Source: a virus. Taken from it: a stretch of DNA of 64,000 bases. The DNA is taken from IMG/VR virus record IMGVR_UViG_3300001765_000256, positions 71,013-135,012 of that record. One strand, 5' to 3'. Position numbers and translations under genes: made by a program. Position 1 is the first letter of the stretch. Each line of letters begins with the position of its first letter. The notes beneath the pieces were generated by a model. The model was given only the letters and a program-made list of their open reading frames with translations, ran no database searches and was not told the DNA's origin. Shown in pieces: positions 1-9,941 of the stretch.

Positions 1-1235
1 GCTAATTTACATCCTATATGGAAATTAATAGGGTCTTTAATAAAGCCACCACGCTGTAGATATCGATCAATAAAGTCATCATGATTTGATTTAACTATAA
101 CAAGCTTCTTTACTGACTTAAGATCTCCAAATCTATCAACTTCACTAGCTGTTATTTGTAACTCACCAGCAAGGCTATTAAGTCCGTTTGTGGCTAGATT
201 AGATTTAGCTATAATATTATTATCCATATGATGAGAAATACTATTCCCATTAAATAAATCATGGAATATAACATGACTGGCAGCGGTTTGATTAATAACC
301 TCAGTCCATGCTGTAACAGCTGTCATATCATGTTCGCCAGCGTGATAATCACCCATAACAAATGTAACATCTACCTTTTTAGATCCGACTGGAGAATATT
401 CTACCCCTAGATCGCAAAAGTTACCCTTATTATCAGCCTGAACCTGTCTAAAGTGAAAAATATTATCATTCTTAATTTCAACTATAACTCCACCAAGTAG
501 ATGCTGAAAATCAGCTATGTAAGCTGTTCTTAAAGAATTCCCTTTTGTTGTCTTATAGTTAGGTAGTGTGATGGCACCTGTAGTCATACGTGCATGAGGC
601 AACCTCTTTGCAGAAACAGCATCGTACTCTAATGACTGCTTAGGTGATGCAAAAATACAAGACCCTTTATTCTGTGAAAGTTCAGATAATCCAGTGATAG
701 GATTAATCTGTTTTGCAGTCACTCTGATACCGCTAATAAAGATATTACTGTTAAGATATGTATCTTCATATACGTAATCTGTAGTCTTATGATTAATGGC
801 ATTATCAAAGTGCCACTCTGCGCCATTATCTAGATTATGTGCAGGATCATGGCTAGGAAGTATAAGTAGCATTGCTTTATTTTTCTTACAATATGTACGA
901 ATTGAACTTAAGAAACCGTCGTGTACTTTCTGTCCAGATACAGCTGTAGTAATAAAGAATCTCTTAAATTTCTTAATTTTTGTATTAAGTAGTTTAATAT
1001 TGTTATCAGACAGGTAACTATCTAGATCAATAATGTTATCGAATGACTGTAGATCTCTGTCTTTAGCTGCTTCACGCAGTTTAGACATCGTACCGAAATT
1101 ATTACGAACCTGATCACGACTAATACCTTTAGATTTAAGATCGCTACGTGTAGGAAACATCACACCTTCGCCTACTAATGATAAGTAGGCAGATATGATA
1201 TTTTCCTGTGCGGCGTTTTTATCCTTGTTTTTCAT
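1..1235 (-). CDS. T5 A1-like protein (metallophosphoesterase-type nuclease), runs off window start
   Basis: Not in ORF track; hand translation from ATG at 1235 (overlaps stop of upstream ORF) is open toward base 1: MKNKDKNAAQ...FASPKQSL...TTGAITLPNY...HLLGGVIVEI...FHFRQVQ...VMGDYHAG...FHDLFNG, motifs recalled from A1-family proteins. Confidence 0.65.
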   Translation of the reverse strand, partial: MKNKDKNAAQENIISAYLSLVGEGVMFPTRSDLKSKGISRDQVRNNFGTMSKLREAAKDRDLQSFDNIIDLDSYLSDNNIKLLNTKIKKFKRFFITTAVSGQKVHDGFLSSIRTYCKKNKAMLLILPSHDPAHNLDNGAEWHFDNAINHKTTDYVYEDTYLNSNIFISGIRVTAKQINPITGLSELSQNKGSCIFASPKQSLEYDAVSAKRLPHARMTTGAITLPNYKTTKGNSLRTAYIADFQHLLGGVIVEIKNDNIFHFRQVQADNKGNFCDLGVEYSPVGSKKVDVTFVMGDYHAGEHDMTAVTAWTEVINQTAASHVIFHDLFNGNSISHHMDNNIIAKSNLATNGLNSLAGELQITASEVDRFGDLKSVKKLVIVKSNHDDFIDRYLQRGGFIKDPINFHIGCKL

Positions 1236-1737
1236 TGGTAACCTGCTTAAGCTTGTAGATGCCGTCAATCTTAACATTCACTTCCATCTCACCAATCTTA
1301 CCTTTAAGGCTAGCTCCTACCTTTTTACCGATCAACTCTAGATCTAATCCTTCATCTTTAAAATTCTCTACAGCTTTAAATGCCAACGCTGCCTCTTCAC
1401 TAGAGTATACAACAATATCGCTACCTGAAGATACCGATTCGATCTTTTCAATAATTCCAGCTTTCTCGTCTTTTGCTAGTAAATCTCTGATTCGTTCTGT
1501 ACGTTTTTTATTAATTTGATCTGCAACAGTCGTTCTAGATACAACTCCAAGATCATACATAGCTTGTAACTGATCGTTCATCATCCTGATTTGGATACTT
1601 AAGTCTTGAATAATAGTAGCAGAAGCTTCAAACGCTTGGGCTGCTTGGAAGTATTGAGTTGTAAGTAGCATAATCTGATCTTCCATCTCTTTAAATCTCT
1701 CTGTGTAGCTTTTTACTGTATTTTTATTTGTTTCCAT
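1219..1737 (-). CDS. hypothetical protein
   Basis: 172-aa ORF with AAGGA RBS, in operon. Confidence 0.7.
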   Translation of the reverse strand: METNKNTVKSYTERFKEMEDQIMLLTTQYFQAAQAFEASATIIQDLSIQIRMMNDQLQAMYDLGVVSRTTVADQINKKRTERIRDLLAKDEKAGIIEKIESVSSGSDIVVYSSEEAALAFKAVENFKDEGLDLELIGKKVGASLKGKIGEMEVNVKIDGIYKLKQVTNEKQG

Positions 1738-1763
1738 TTTATTATCCTTTGTTAATTTATTGA

Positions 1764-2531
1764 TTAAAATCTCTCATTAATATCTGTCATTCCAGTATCT
1801 GAAGAATTCGTAGCAAGTATATTTCCACCAGAAGCTTGCTGTATAAGGTTAGAAATCAAGCCAGCCATACCACCTTGAGGTAAATTACTGTCTGCTGTAG
1901 CAGTAACTGAAGATTGCGTTTGAGGTATATAGTTAGGGGCTGGAGGTATATAATTAGATCCAAGTTTCGGTTTCTGTTTAACTTGTTGCGCGGGTTTCTT
2001 AGTTTGAGTTTTAACTGTCTGTTTTACGGCCTGTTGAGACTGTCCTACAGTATTCATACCATTATTAGTTAACTGGTCAGAAGTGCTAACCTTGGCTAAC
2101 TGCGGTGTATATGTCTGTTGCATTACAGCTGTCGCTACATCACGCTTAAGAACTTTAGCTGCTAATATCTTAAGAGCAGTCGTTTCGTCTGCATCAAAAG
2201 GAGATTTAACTTCCTGAACTAACGGCTTCTGTACAGATTCAGATCTAATTCCAACACAAAGCTCTAGGTTATTAAGAGCGAACTTCTTAATCTTAGCATT
2301 GATTGAATTCACTATCTCAGCCCTAGCAGATCCTGGCTGAAATACATCCTGACTAACCAATGTTTTCCACAGGTTAGCCTCTTCAATCCGTTTCATAGCT
2401 TCAGATAAAGTCTCAGCTGTGTGTTGATCTGACTCTTGCTCTTCCTGGATCTCAGATTCTAGATCATTCAAAACAGATGAGGCTCCTTGTACTACTTTTT
2501 CATCTGAAAATTCATTTGGGTCCCAACTCAT
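1764..2531 (-). CDS. hypothetical protein (Q/P-rich low-complexity C-terminus)
   Basis: 255-aa ORF with AGGAG RBS. Confidence 0.7.
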   Translation of the reverse strand: MSWDPNEFSDEKVVQGASSVLNDLESEIQEEQESDQHTAETLSEAMKRIEEANLWKTLVSQDVFQPGSARAEIVNSINAKIKKFALNNLELCVGIRSESVQKPLVQEVKSPFDADETTALKILAAKVLKRDVATAVMQQTYTPQLAKVSTSDQLTNNGMNTVGQSQQAVKQTVKTQTKKPAQQVKQKPKLGSNYIPPAPNYIPQTQSSVTATADSNLPQGGMAGLISNLIQQASGGNILATNSSDTGMTDINERF

Positions 2532-2542
2532 AAATATCTCCT

Positions 2543-2980
2543 TTAATTTCCTGTAGATCCGAAACCGTTACTTCCGCGTTCAGTCTTCTCGAAAGTTTCA
2601 ACCTCTTCTGTTTCCCATAATATAACAGGGCAGATTACAGCTTGTGCGATCTTATCGCCTTTATTAATTATAATACTACTATCACATTCAAATCCAGCAT
2701 GGAATGCTATAACAGATATATCGCCTTGGTATCCAGAATCAACTGTACCTATAGAATTAGCAAGTCTTAACTTGCTCTTAGCAGATAGGCCAGATCGAGG
2801 TCGTACCTGTACTTCAAATCCAGCAGGGATATCAAAGGATATGCCTGTTTTTACTATTACTGTCTGACCAGGCTTTAGCTCTACAGAATCTAGAGCATAT
2901 AAATCCAAGCCGCTATCTGTTGGATGAGCGCGATTGGGTATTATCGCATCAGTATGTAGTTTCTTAACCTTAAGTTTCAT
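2543..2980 (-). CDS. dut: trimeric dUTPase
   Basis: All five dUTPase motifs: DSGLDL, RPRSGL, GTVDSGYQG, KIAQ, RGSNGFGSTG. Confidence 0.95.
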   Translation of the reverse strand: MKLKVKKLHTDAIIPNRAHPTDSGLDLYALDSVELKPGQTVIVKTGISFDIPAGFEVQVRPRSGLSAKSKLRLANSIGTVDSGYQGDISVIAFHAGFECDSSIIINKGDKIAQAVICPVILWETEEVETFEKTERGSNGFGSTGN

Positions 2981-3557
2981 TTATAATACTCTTTTTCTTT
3001 TTCTTAACATCTTTAGCTGGTTTATGCACCGGACTTATTAATCCATTATCAACAAGATAATAAGTTCCATGCAGTATTGCATCTAAAATATCGTAACCTA
3101 TCTTATCAGAATTTTTTGCATTGTCAAGCTCTAATTCAATAATATTTTTAGCAGATCGACTAAATGGATACTGTAAAAGCCATTCGGAGCTTTTTACCTT
3201 ATCGGCTCCACCATATCCATCACCGAGAACTCCACGTCGCACTTCTGAAATACCTTGCCATTTAATGTCAGCCCAAGATTCTGCCTTAATGGCACCTATA
3301 AGCTCCTTCAGTGCTTGAGCGGAAAATCCTATTCCGAATGGTTTCTCGGATATAACAACATCAGGTTTTTCTATACCTATTAATGCAGCTACACTGTATG
3401 CCATATAATTATTTTTTTTAGTCATGCTCCACTGAGCAGGGGAATTTAAAAGAAAGTGCATTGGGATTTGAATTAGACCGTTATCTAACTCAAGTAAGGC
3501 GACTCCGAAAGAGCCGCCAGCTGGATCTAAGCATAAAAACTTACTGGGTTGCATCAC
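2970..3557 (-). CDS. RuvC-like Holliday junction resolvase
   Basis: N-terminal LCLDPAGGSFG, VVISEKP, C-terminal DILDAI: RNase H/RuvC acidic residue layout. Confidence 0.65.
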   Translation of the reverse strand: MMQPSKFLCLDPAGGSFGVALLELDNGLIQIPMHFLLNSPAQWSMTKKNNYMAYSVAALIGIEKPDVVISEKPFGIGFSAQALKELIGAIKAESWADIKWQGISEVRRGVLGDGYGGADKVKSSEWLLQYPFSRSAKNIIELELDNAKNSDKIGYDILDAILHGTYYLVDNGLISPVHKPAKDVKKKKKSIINET

Positions 3558-4452
3558 GTAAAATCTCTGAAATACTTTGTCTTAGTTGTTGTTCTAAATC
3601 AAAAAGCACAGATGATATATCGGAATCGAATTTGGTTATTTGGATGAATTCTTTATATTCTAAACTATCAAACTTAACAAGGTTACCCTTATGACTCTTA
3701 ATAGCTTCACTTAGATCTTCTAGTGAATAGAATATAACGTCGCCATTATAATAACCACTACTAGGGTTCGGTCTAATATACATACTTACAATACCAACAA
3801 TATATCCATTCTTAGTAACAGGAGATCCTGAAAATCCAGGTCCTATATTATTAACACCAACCTGCAATCTTTTTTGTATATACGTAGGATATTTAGTAAA
3901 ATATGCACATGTAATCTTATTGGCAGCTGTATTTCTTGAAGCCAATAGGCAGCTTACTAAATCTTTAGGTTGTGTATGCGATATAGTTCCATAAACCTTA
4001 CCGTCTACATACATAAGATCTAGTGATCGACCTACAAATCCAGAAATCAGTACACTGTCTGTAGGCTCTGCTTTAGAGCTAGATAGCTTCAACGGAGTAT
4101 AATCGTTAGATCTTTCGCTCTTCATGATGCATATATCAGACCCTTTATGCATATAATACTCTGTAATGGTGTCAAGAACTTCACATTTAGCGTCTGTTCT
4201 TGGAAGCTCAGATAGGCACTCTGAAGATATAAGATTAGCTCTTTTGGCCTTATAAAAAGTATCACATACATGGTTATTAGTTACAAGAACTTTATCTTTA
4301 CCTAATACAGCAGAAAATGCTGTAGCAACAGATACAGCTCCATCTTGTCCATATACAGATATTTTAAATACGGAATCTTTTAGTTTTTTAATATCAGTAC
4401 TCGCATTTGATTGAACTGCAAGTAGCAATACTAATAATAGTATTTTAATCAC
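3541..4452 (-). CDS. secreted trypsin-like serine protease
   Basis: Signal peptide MIKILLLVLLLAVQSNA; catalytic triad motifs TNNHVC, SDICI, GPGFSGSPV. Confidence 0.85.
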   Translation of the reverse strand: MIKILLLVLLLAVQSNASTDIKKLKDSVFKISVYGQDGAVSVATAFSAVLGKDKVLVTNNHVCDTFYKAKRANLISSECLSELPRTDAKCEVLDTITEYYMHKGSDICIMKSERSNDYTPLKLSSSKAEPTDSVLISGFVGRSLDLMYVDGKVYGTISHTQPKDLVSCLLASRNTAANKITCAYFTKYPTYIQKRLQVGVNNIGPGFSGSPVTKNGYIVGIVSMYIRPNPSSGYYNGDVIFYSLEDLSEAIKSHKGNLVKFDSLEYKEFIQITKFDSDISSVLFDLEQQLRQSISEILRDATQ

Positions 4453-4739
4453 AGCTTGCCTCGCTCCTCTAAAGTCAAAAGGATATACTTAAGACGGCTT
4501 CTTTTTTCTTTTTTAACATCATTATATCCACCAGATAAATCCTTAACTTGCTCTTTTAAAGAGTTAAGAGTGGTGTCGTTTTCCATAGATTCTACTACAT
4601 CCTCAACCTGTTTAGAAAGTTCTACAATCTTATCTCTTAAAGATTTCTCATCAGCAGCTCGTACATCGTCTACGAATGACTCTGGCAACTTCTTATTAAG
4701 CTTCTCGATTAAATCTTTACGTTTTGAATCTTCCATCAT
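4449..4739 (-). CDS. hypothetical coiled-coil protein
   Basis: 96-aa ORF with AGGAG RBS, overlaps next gene. Confidence 0.7.
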   Translation of the reverse strand: MMEDSKRKDLIEKLNKKLPESFVDDVRAADEKSLRDKIVELSKQVEDVVESMENDTTLNSLKEQVKDLSGGYNDVKKEKRSRLKYILLTLEERGKL

Positions 4740-4756
4740 TTTATTTCTCCTGTTTA

Positions 4757-5161
4757 TTAATTAGTATTTTGAGTCCATAGAGTATCTATATTTCGCATAT
4801 TACCATATTCATCATAAGTTGTCAATACACACTCGACTGAAAATTCATCTGTCTGAGATGCTCCGTAAGTTTCGTTTAGCTTCTTTTGAAGTGTTTTGAT
4901 TGGTACAATCCCTACATTAAGCTCAGAGTCTGGAGTTTCTCTTAATGCAATTGCATGCTTATTTACATATAGATTAGCTGAGTCAATATCCATAAAAGCT
5001 CTGAGGGTTTTAGTTCCATTAACAGGTGATTCTACATATACAGCACCGTAATCCTCATTCTTATGAACTGGTATATACACTTTACCGTTGGCCTCTATAT
5101 ACTTCCATACTCCACTCAATTCATCTCGCTGCTCGTCTGTTGTTAATTCAAATTTTGACAT
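4757..5161 (-). CDS. hypothetical protein
   Basis: 134-aa ORF coupled to sbcC-like gene. Confidence 0.65.
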   Translation of the reverse strand: MSKFELTTDEQRDELSGVWKYIEANGKVYIPVHKNEDYGAVYVESPVNGTKTLRAFMDIDSANLYVNKHAIALRETPDSELNVGIVPIKTLQKKLNETYGASQTDEFSVECVLTTYDEYGNMRNIDTLWTQNTN

Positions 5162-7284
5162 GATATAGTTGCCATTCCATTCTGTTTTGTTATTAAAATT
5201 TTCTTATCTATAGCTGCATTTAATTCCGAACCGTGATCTACAATTAAAACTATCTTATCATGATATTTGTTTTTAATAAACTCTAAAATAGGTTCTTTAT
5301 GTACTCCATCAACCCAACCGAACTGTTCATCTAGTATTTTATAGTTTATGTCTACACCTAAACGTCTACACAGTACTGTATCTACAGCGGCATCTACAGC
5401 AATCAACAAGCTTTCTTTTTCTGAGCCAGAAAGTGTAGAGAAGGAGACCTCTTCGTTTTTATCAAATATCTTATATGTTATTGATTTGCTTACATTTCCT
5501 GTAGTTTTAGCTACATGGTCAGGTGTAAAGTACATACTAAACCTGGATATTACCGTAAGATCTTTAATGTTTTCATTAACTTCTTGGTTTATTTCTTCAA
5601 GAACAGTATCGAATATATAACCTATAAAGCCATTTCTCGACAATATCTCGCTAAGTTTTGATCTTAAAATGATCTCCGAAGTGAGTGTTTTAAGTTTTGA
5701 ATCTAGTATATTCAGCTCTTTGGTGGATTCATTATATCTACCTGTTGCTGCGTCTAAATATTCGGAAATAATAGATGACTCTTTAGTTAAAGATTCTATT
5801 GTTGATGTTAGTGTAGCAATTTCATGCTTAAGTAGCTGTATGGAAGATGTCAACTTTGATTCTGTCTGCTTCTTTAGTGATGACATGGAGATATCCAGCT
5901 GTTTACGAGTTCTATCTAGCAGGTCTATAGACATTCGGTTTGACGATATTTGCGTCATCAGTGCTTTTGCTTCAAGCTCCATACTTTCTTTATTAAATCC
6001 AGCTTTGTAGGACGCTATCTTACTTTCAATCTCAGATTTGCTTGTACCCAATACAGACTCGTCTACAAGTGAGGATTCAGATTCATTTTTCGATCTAATC
6101 ATGTCTTCAGTTTGTGCAAGTACAGCATTAAGCTCAGACTCAAACTGGTTTTTAATATTAGTAAATACATCCTCATTAACTGACTGTCCACATGTAGAAC
6201 AGCTATTTGGCTTTAAAGATGATATCTTAAGCTTAAGTCCATCAATCTTGCCAGTCTGTGATTTTAAACTGTTGGTTATATTATATATAAGTAGCTGTTT
6301 CTTTTGGTTTTCGGTTATAGTCTTTTGTATGCTATCTAGCTCAGACTTAAGATCGCTAGGTATAGATTTTTGAGCAAAGTCAGCACTTTCTATCATAGAT
6401 ACTAGCTCTCTAACTCTTGAGTCCATATCATTATTAATGTCAGTTATGCCAGCAGATGCTGTTTGGTATTCGATATTTGCACTGTCCAACTGGCTCTTTA
6501 GTTTTATATATTCAGGGTTCATGCTAATCAGCATATCAATGTCAGTGCTCTCTAGATGCTGCAATGAGTGTTTTTTTGCCAACAGCTGTTCGTTATAGTT
6601 AGATAATGTTGATGTAAATTCGTGAGATGAAAACTTCCTGCTTTTTTCTAAAAGGACATCAATATCTGTCTTTAATACTGATATTTTACCAGTAAGAGCA
6701 CTAAGTTTTGACGTTTGATCCATAACATCCTTATTTAAGGATGTGAGAATTGAAGAGTTATTTTCATTAAGGTTATCTATTTTAGATGTATCGAAGAATG
6801 ATCCAAGAAAGTCTTTCTTTTCAGAGTCTTTCATCAACAAAAAGCCACCGAAATCTTCTTGCATCTTATGTGTAAGATGGATGTAATGTTCTGGCGAAAT
6901 ACCCATAAGATCTACGAACTTACTTTGGATCTCATCAGTCTTACCGTCTAGTTCAACTCCATCTACTGTGATAGTAAGTTTGCCACCTATTATGCGGTTT
7001 ATATTTACTGTCTTATTATTTATAATATAATTGCCAGAAACTCGGGCTGGTAGCCCGAGAATTCTGTTTTTAATTTCTTTATTAGTTATATCTACATATT
7101 TTGAGCCTTGTGGTAATACTGTAAGTGCTCGTAACAAGGAGCTTTTACCTGATCCGTTACTTCCACCATCATCCTTATTTTCTCCGATAACAGCATAAAT
7201 ACCAGGACCGTCAAACGTAACAGTCTGCTCTTCAGCTATATTCAGGAATGATGATATAGTAATATCTTTAAGCTCAATCTTCAT
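5143..7284 (-). CDS. SbcC/Rad50 (T4 gp46-like) recombination ATPase
   Basis: Walker A GSNGSGKSS, long coiled coil with CSTCG zinc hook, signature LSGSE, Walker B ILDEQF, H-loop IVDH. Confidence 0.92.
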   Translation of the reverse strand: MKIELKDITISSFLNIAEEQTVTFDGPGIYAVIGENKDDGGSNGSGKSSLLRALTVLPQGSKYVDITNKEIKNRILGLPARVSGNYIINNKTVNINRIIGGKLTITVDGVELDGKTDEIQSKFVDLMGISPEHYIHLTHKMQEDFGGFLLMKDSEKKDFLGSFFDTSKIDNLNENNSSILTSLNKDVMDQTSKLSALTGKISVLKTDIDVLLEKSRKFSSHEFTSTLSNYNEQLLAKKHSLQHLESTDIDMLISMNPEYIKLKSQLDSANIEYQTASAGITDINNDMDSRVRELVSMIESADFAQKSIPSDLKSELDSIQKTITENQKKQLLIYNITNSLKSQTGKIDGLKLKISSLKPNSCSTCGQSVNEDVFTNIKNQFESELNAVLAQTEDMIRSKNESESSLVDESVLGTSKSEIESKIASYKAGFNKESMELEAKALMTQISSNRMSIDLLDRTRKQLDISMSSLKKQTESKLTSSIQLLKHEIATLTSTIESLTKESSIISEYLDAATGRYNESTKELNILDSKLKTLTSEIILRSKLSEILSRNGFIGYIFDTVLEEINQEVNENIKDLTVISRFSMYFTPDHVAKTTGNVSKSITYKIFDKNEEVSFSTLSGSEKESLLIAVDAAVDTVLCRRLGVDINYKILDEQFGWVDGVHKEPILEFIKNKYHDKIVLIVDHGSELNAAIDKKILITKQNGMATISCQNLN

Positions 7285-7562
7285 TACTCATCCTTCTTAA
7301 GGATACTATCTCTAGTGTTTAGAGTTTTTATATAAGCATCACCCTTTTCACGTGATTTTTGTACTGCATCACGTCTAAGTTCTACTTTTTTTACCATAGT
7401 ACCTGTATCTATCTCTTCTACAGATGTAGTACTGATGTCAGGAAGTTCTTTCTCCATAACACCAGAACATTCACATCTTAAGAATCCAGGCATCTTGTCT
7501 TTACCACTATACAGCTTCTTAATGGAATTACCACACAGATTGCATTTATACTTTATCAACAT
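7284..7562 (-). CDS. FmdB-like zinc-ribbon protein
   Basis: YKCNLCG ... CECSG zinc knuckles in a 92-aa ORF. Confidence 0.6.
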   Translation of the reverse strand: MLIKYKCNLCGNSIKKLYSGKDKMPGFLRCECSGVMEKELPDISTTSVEEIDTGTMVKKVELRRDAVQKSREKGDAYIKTLNTRDSILKKDE

Positions 7563-7571
7563 ACAATACTC

Positions 7572-9449
7572 CTAAAATGGTGGATCCCATTTTTCTTTTT
7601 CTGAATTTTTAATAGCTTCGTTAACAGCTGCCTCTTCTGAATGATACTTTACTGACTCTTCTTTGTCAAGATCTGAATCTCTTTGAAATACAACAATACC
7701 TGATAATCCCATTAACATCTTAGCTACAGATAAAGAGTTTTTAATAGACATAGTTACGGCTGAAGCAGAATCAACAACACCAATATCTATACCATTTCCG
7801 AACTTTAGATTAAGTGCATCATAGGTATGCCAAAAGTCTTTATCAGATAGTTTTATGTCGGGCTTTCTTCCAAAGAATTCAAGAATTTTAGTAATAACTT
7901 TCTTACTCTCTACGTTCTCTACATTGTACATAATGCCTTTATATATATCTCCGATTTCATTAGCATTATATCCACCGTTTGTCATAATGCGTACAAACGG
8001 ATTCCTAAAAGCTTCAGGCATAATAGTACGGACAGAATCTGGTAAATCTTTATTCGACTCAATCTTATCAGATACATATAGCAGAGTTTTAGCGCATCCA
8101 GGCAATACTCCATATTTTAAAGCACCTTTAATGGCAGCTACAGCATCCTCAACACGATGACGCTTCTCTTTAAGTTCAGCTTCGGAACTTCCCTTAACTT
8201 TAAGTCTTGCTATTCCACCTGTTAATATAGCCAATCTCTCTTTAAGGATCTCACTGTCTAGAATACTCTCAGCATGCTTCTGTTGGGTCTCCAGCTCTTC
8301 ACTTCGTGATATTACAAGGAACTCATCTGGACGCCCTAGGACCACTGATCTGTAACGATAGCACTCGAATTGATCCATAGTATCAAGTCCAAGGTCTGAA
8401 ATTTCTAGTGCCTCTACTGGTTTAGAGATAGGATCGAACACGGTAGCACCAGAAAAGGCAGACAAATCTACAAGGAAGTGGTATGGACTATTGTTTTGTT
8501 GTGTCATCATAGTTTTCAGTGGTAATATATTTAAACTAGATGGATTCTTAAAGTTTACAGCTAATTGAGCAAGTACATCGTCAGAAAAGTGATGAGCAAC
8601 TATAATGATATTCGGACTAAATTTTTGCCCTGTCTGGATAGCAACATCATATGCTGTTCCTATTGTTTCAATTGCACCTAAGATTGTAGACATGGAGTTA
8701 ATCTTACCGTTGTACAATAGGAATCTAGGACGCTCCAATACTGTTCTGTAGTTACCCTTATCATTAATAAATTCTTCAATAAATCTGCCAGCCGTATCTT
8801 CAAATCCTCTAGCTATAGGAAATCCTTCGACTTTCTCTACTTCAAATCCACCAGTTCCTGCGGTTTCAGCAATAGTAATATTGCCGTTATAACCTACAGT
8901 ATTAAATGCTTCCATTACAGCTTCAGACATTTCTTTATCGCTATTGGTAGAAATTAGTGCGACTTTTTTTAATAAATCGCTAGCGGTATCGTTTTGTACT
9001 TTTACAGAAAGAGTTGCAATCATAGGTATAATTACCGACTCAAATGCAGACTCAAGATCTCTCATAACCTTCTGAGAAGATAAGTGGGGATGTTTTTCTA
9101 GATACTCAAACCCAAGACGGATAAGGCTTTCAGCTAGGATAGTGGCCGAAGTGGTGCCATCACCAGCCTCTGAATTTGTTTTAGCAGATGCATCACGTGC
9201 AGCTTCTAAGACTGCTTGTGCGGTAGAATTAGCAAAAGACATAGAATTAAACACAGTAATACCGTCTTTAGTTGTAAAAGGGCCAAGATTTTCTTGTCTT
9301 TCAATAAGAACGATTTTACCGTTAGGTCCAAGAGTGCTACCAACTAAATCTGATGCCTTCTTGACAGTATCAAGAACTATCTTCTTGAGGTCTTTTCCAT
9401 CATATGTTATTTTCTTAACAGCTGTTTTAGTTTTTGAAATCTCTCTCAT
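7572..9449 (-). CDS. groEL: phage-encoded chaperonin GroEL (divergent)
   Basis: TLGPNG, TTKDGITV, AGDGTTSAT, ERLAILTGGIA, EKRHRVEDAVAA, GVVDS motifs; lacks GGM tail. Confidence 0.93.
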   Translation of the reverse strand: MREISKTKTAVKKITYDGKDLKKIVLDTVKKASDLVGSTLGPNGKIVLIERQENLGPFTTKDGITVFNSMSFANSTAQAVLEAARDASAKTNSEAGDGTTSATILAESLIRLGFEYLEKHPHLSSQKVMRDLESAFESVIIPMIATLSVKVQNDTASDLLKKVALISTNSDKEMSEAVMEAFNTVGYNGNITIAETAGTGGFEVEKVEGFPIARGFEDTAGRFIEEFINDKGNYRTVLERPRFLLYNGKINSMSTILGAIETIGTAYDVAIQTGQKFSPNIIIVAHHFSDDVLAQLAVNFKNPSSLNILPLKTMMTQQNNSPYHFLVDLSAFSGATVFDPISKPVEALEISDLGLDTMDQFECYRYRSVVLGRPDEFLVISRSEELETQQKHAESILDSEILKERLAILTGGIARLKVKGSSEAELKEKRHRVEDAVAAIKGALKYGVLPGCAKTLLYVSDKIESNKDLPDSVRTIMPEAFRNPFVRIMTNGGYNANEIGDIYKGIMYNVENVESKKVITKILEFFGRKPDIKLSDKDFWHTYDALNLKFGNGIDIGVVDSASAVTMSIKNSLSVAKMLMGLSGIVVFQRDSDLDKEESVKYHSEEAAVNEAIKNSEKEKWDPPF

Positions 9450-9474
9450 TCAAATCTCCTTTAAAGATCTGATA

Positions 9475-9503
9475 AATATACATTAATTTAATTAAATAGT
9501 CAA
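9475..9503 (-). promoter_or_regulatory. sigma70-type promoter for left arm
   Basis: Minus strand TTGACT-N17-TATATT upstream of groEL. Confidence 0.75.
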
Positions 9504-9757
9504 CCCTATATATAAAACAAATATAAGTGACATTTTTTGTCACGCATAGTATTTTAATCATACCTTTTATTAAGAAGGTGCTGGTTCTCAAAACAGTACT
9601 TTATATAAAATGTGTGTTCCCTCTCCTTAACCTCTCCCTCTAACACTCACTCTTTCTCTAACTCTATCTCTAACTCTACGTCCGTAGAAAAAATATATTT
9701 TATAAAAAAAGCTATAAATATTATATAGATATACATTAAATTGGATGTAATTAAACA

Positions 9758-9880
9758 TCATCGAGCGTCATTAAGAGTCATTAAGTGTATCATTACCGTC
9801 ATTAAGTGTAACAAAACAGTCATCGAGTGTCATTTAGTGTAGTAAGAAGATCATCGAGCGTCATCAAAGATCATTAAGTG
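9758..9880 (+). repeat. phased 10-mer iteron-like repeats (candidate replication origin)
   Basis: Ten TCAT-initiated units (TCATTAAGTG/TCATCGAGCG variants) starting 9758, 9768, 9778, 9790, 9799, 9820, 9830, 9851, 9861, 9871, at the strand switch. Confidence 0.7.
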
Positions 9881-9892
9881 TAGCGTATAGGG

Positions 9893-9921
9893 TTGACTTA
9901 CATAAAAACATATGCTATATT
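9893..9921 (+). promoter_or_regulatory. sigma70-type promoter for right arm
   Basis: TTGACT-N17-TATATT with TG extended -10. Confidence 0.75.
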
Positions 9922-9941
9922 TATCACAGAAAGGCAGGTAT

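Noticed and set aside
796-9486. Plus-strand ORFs overlapping the left arm (796, 1259, 3121, 4456, 5348, 5669, 6038, 7855, 9142)
   Set aside because: Antisense shadows of well-supported minus-strand genes, no RBS or motifs
9618-9680. Purine-rich minus strand as EIELEKE linker of a hidden replication gene
   Set aside because: Surrounding minus-strand frames are closed by stops in the TCAT repeats and AT-rich tract; no ORF of useful length
9758-9880. TCAT repeats as a CRISPR array
   Set aside because: Units are 10 bp, nearly contiguous, with no unique 25-40 bp spacers
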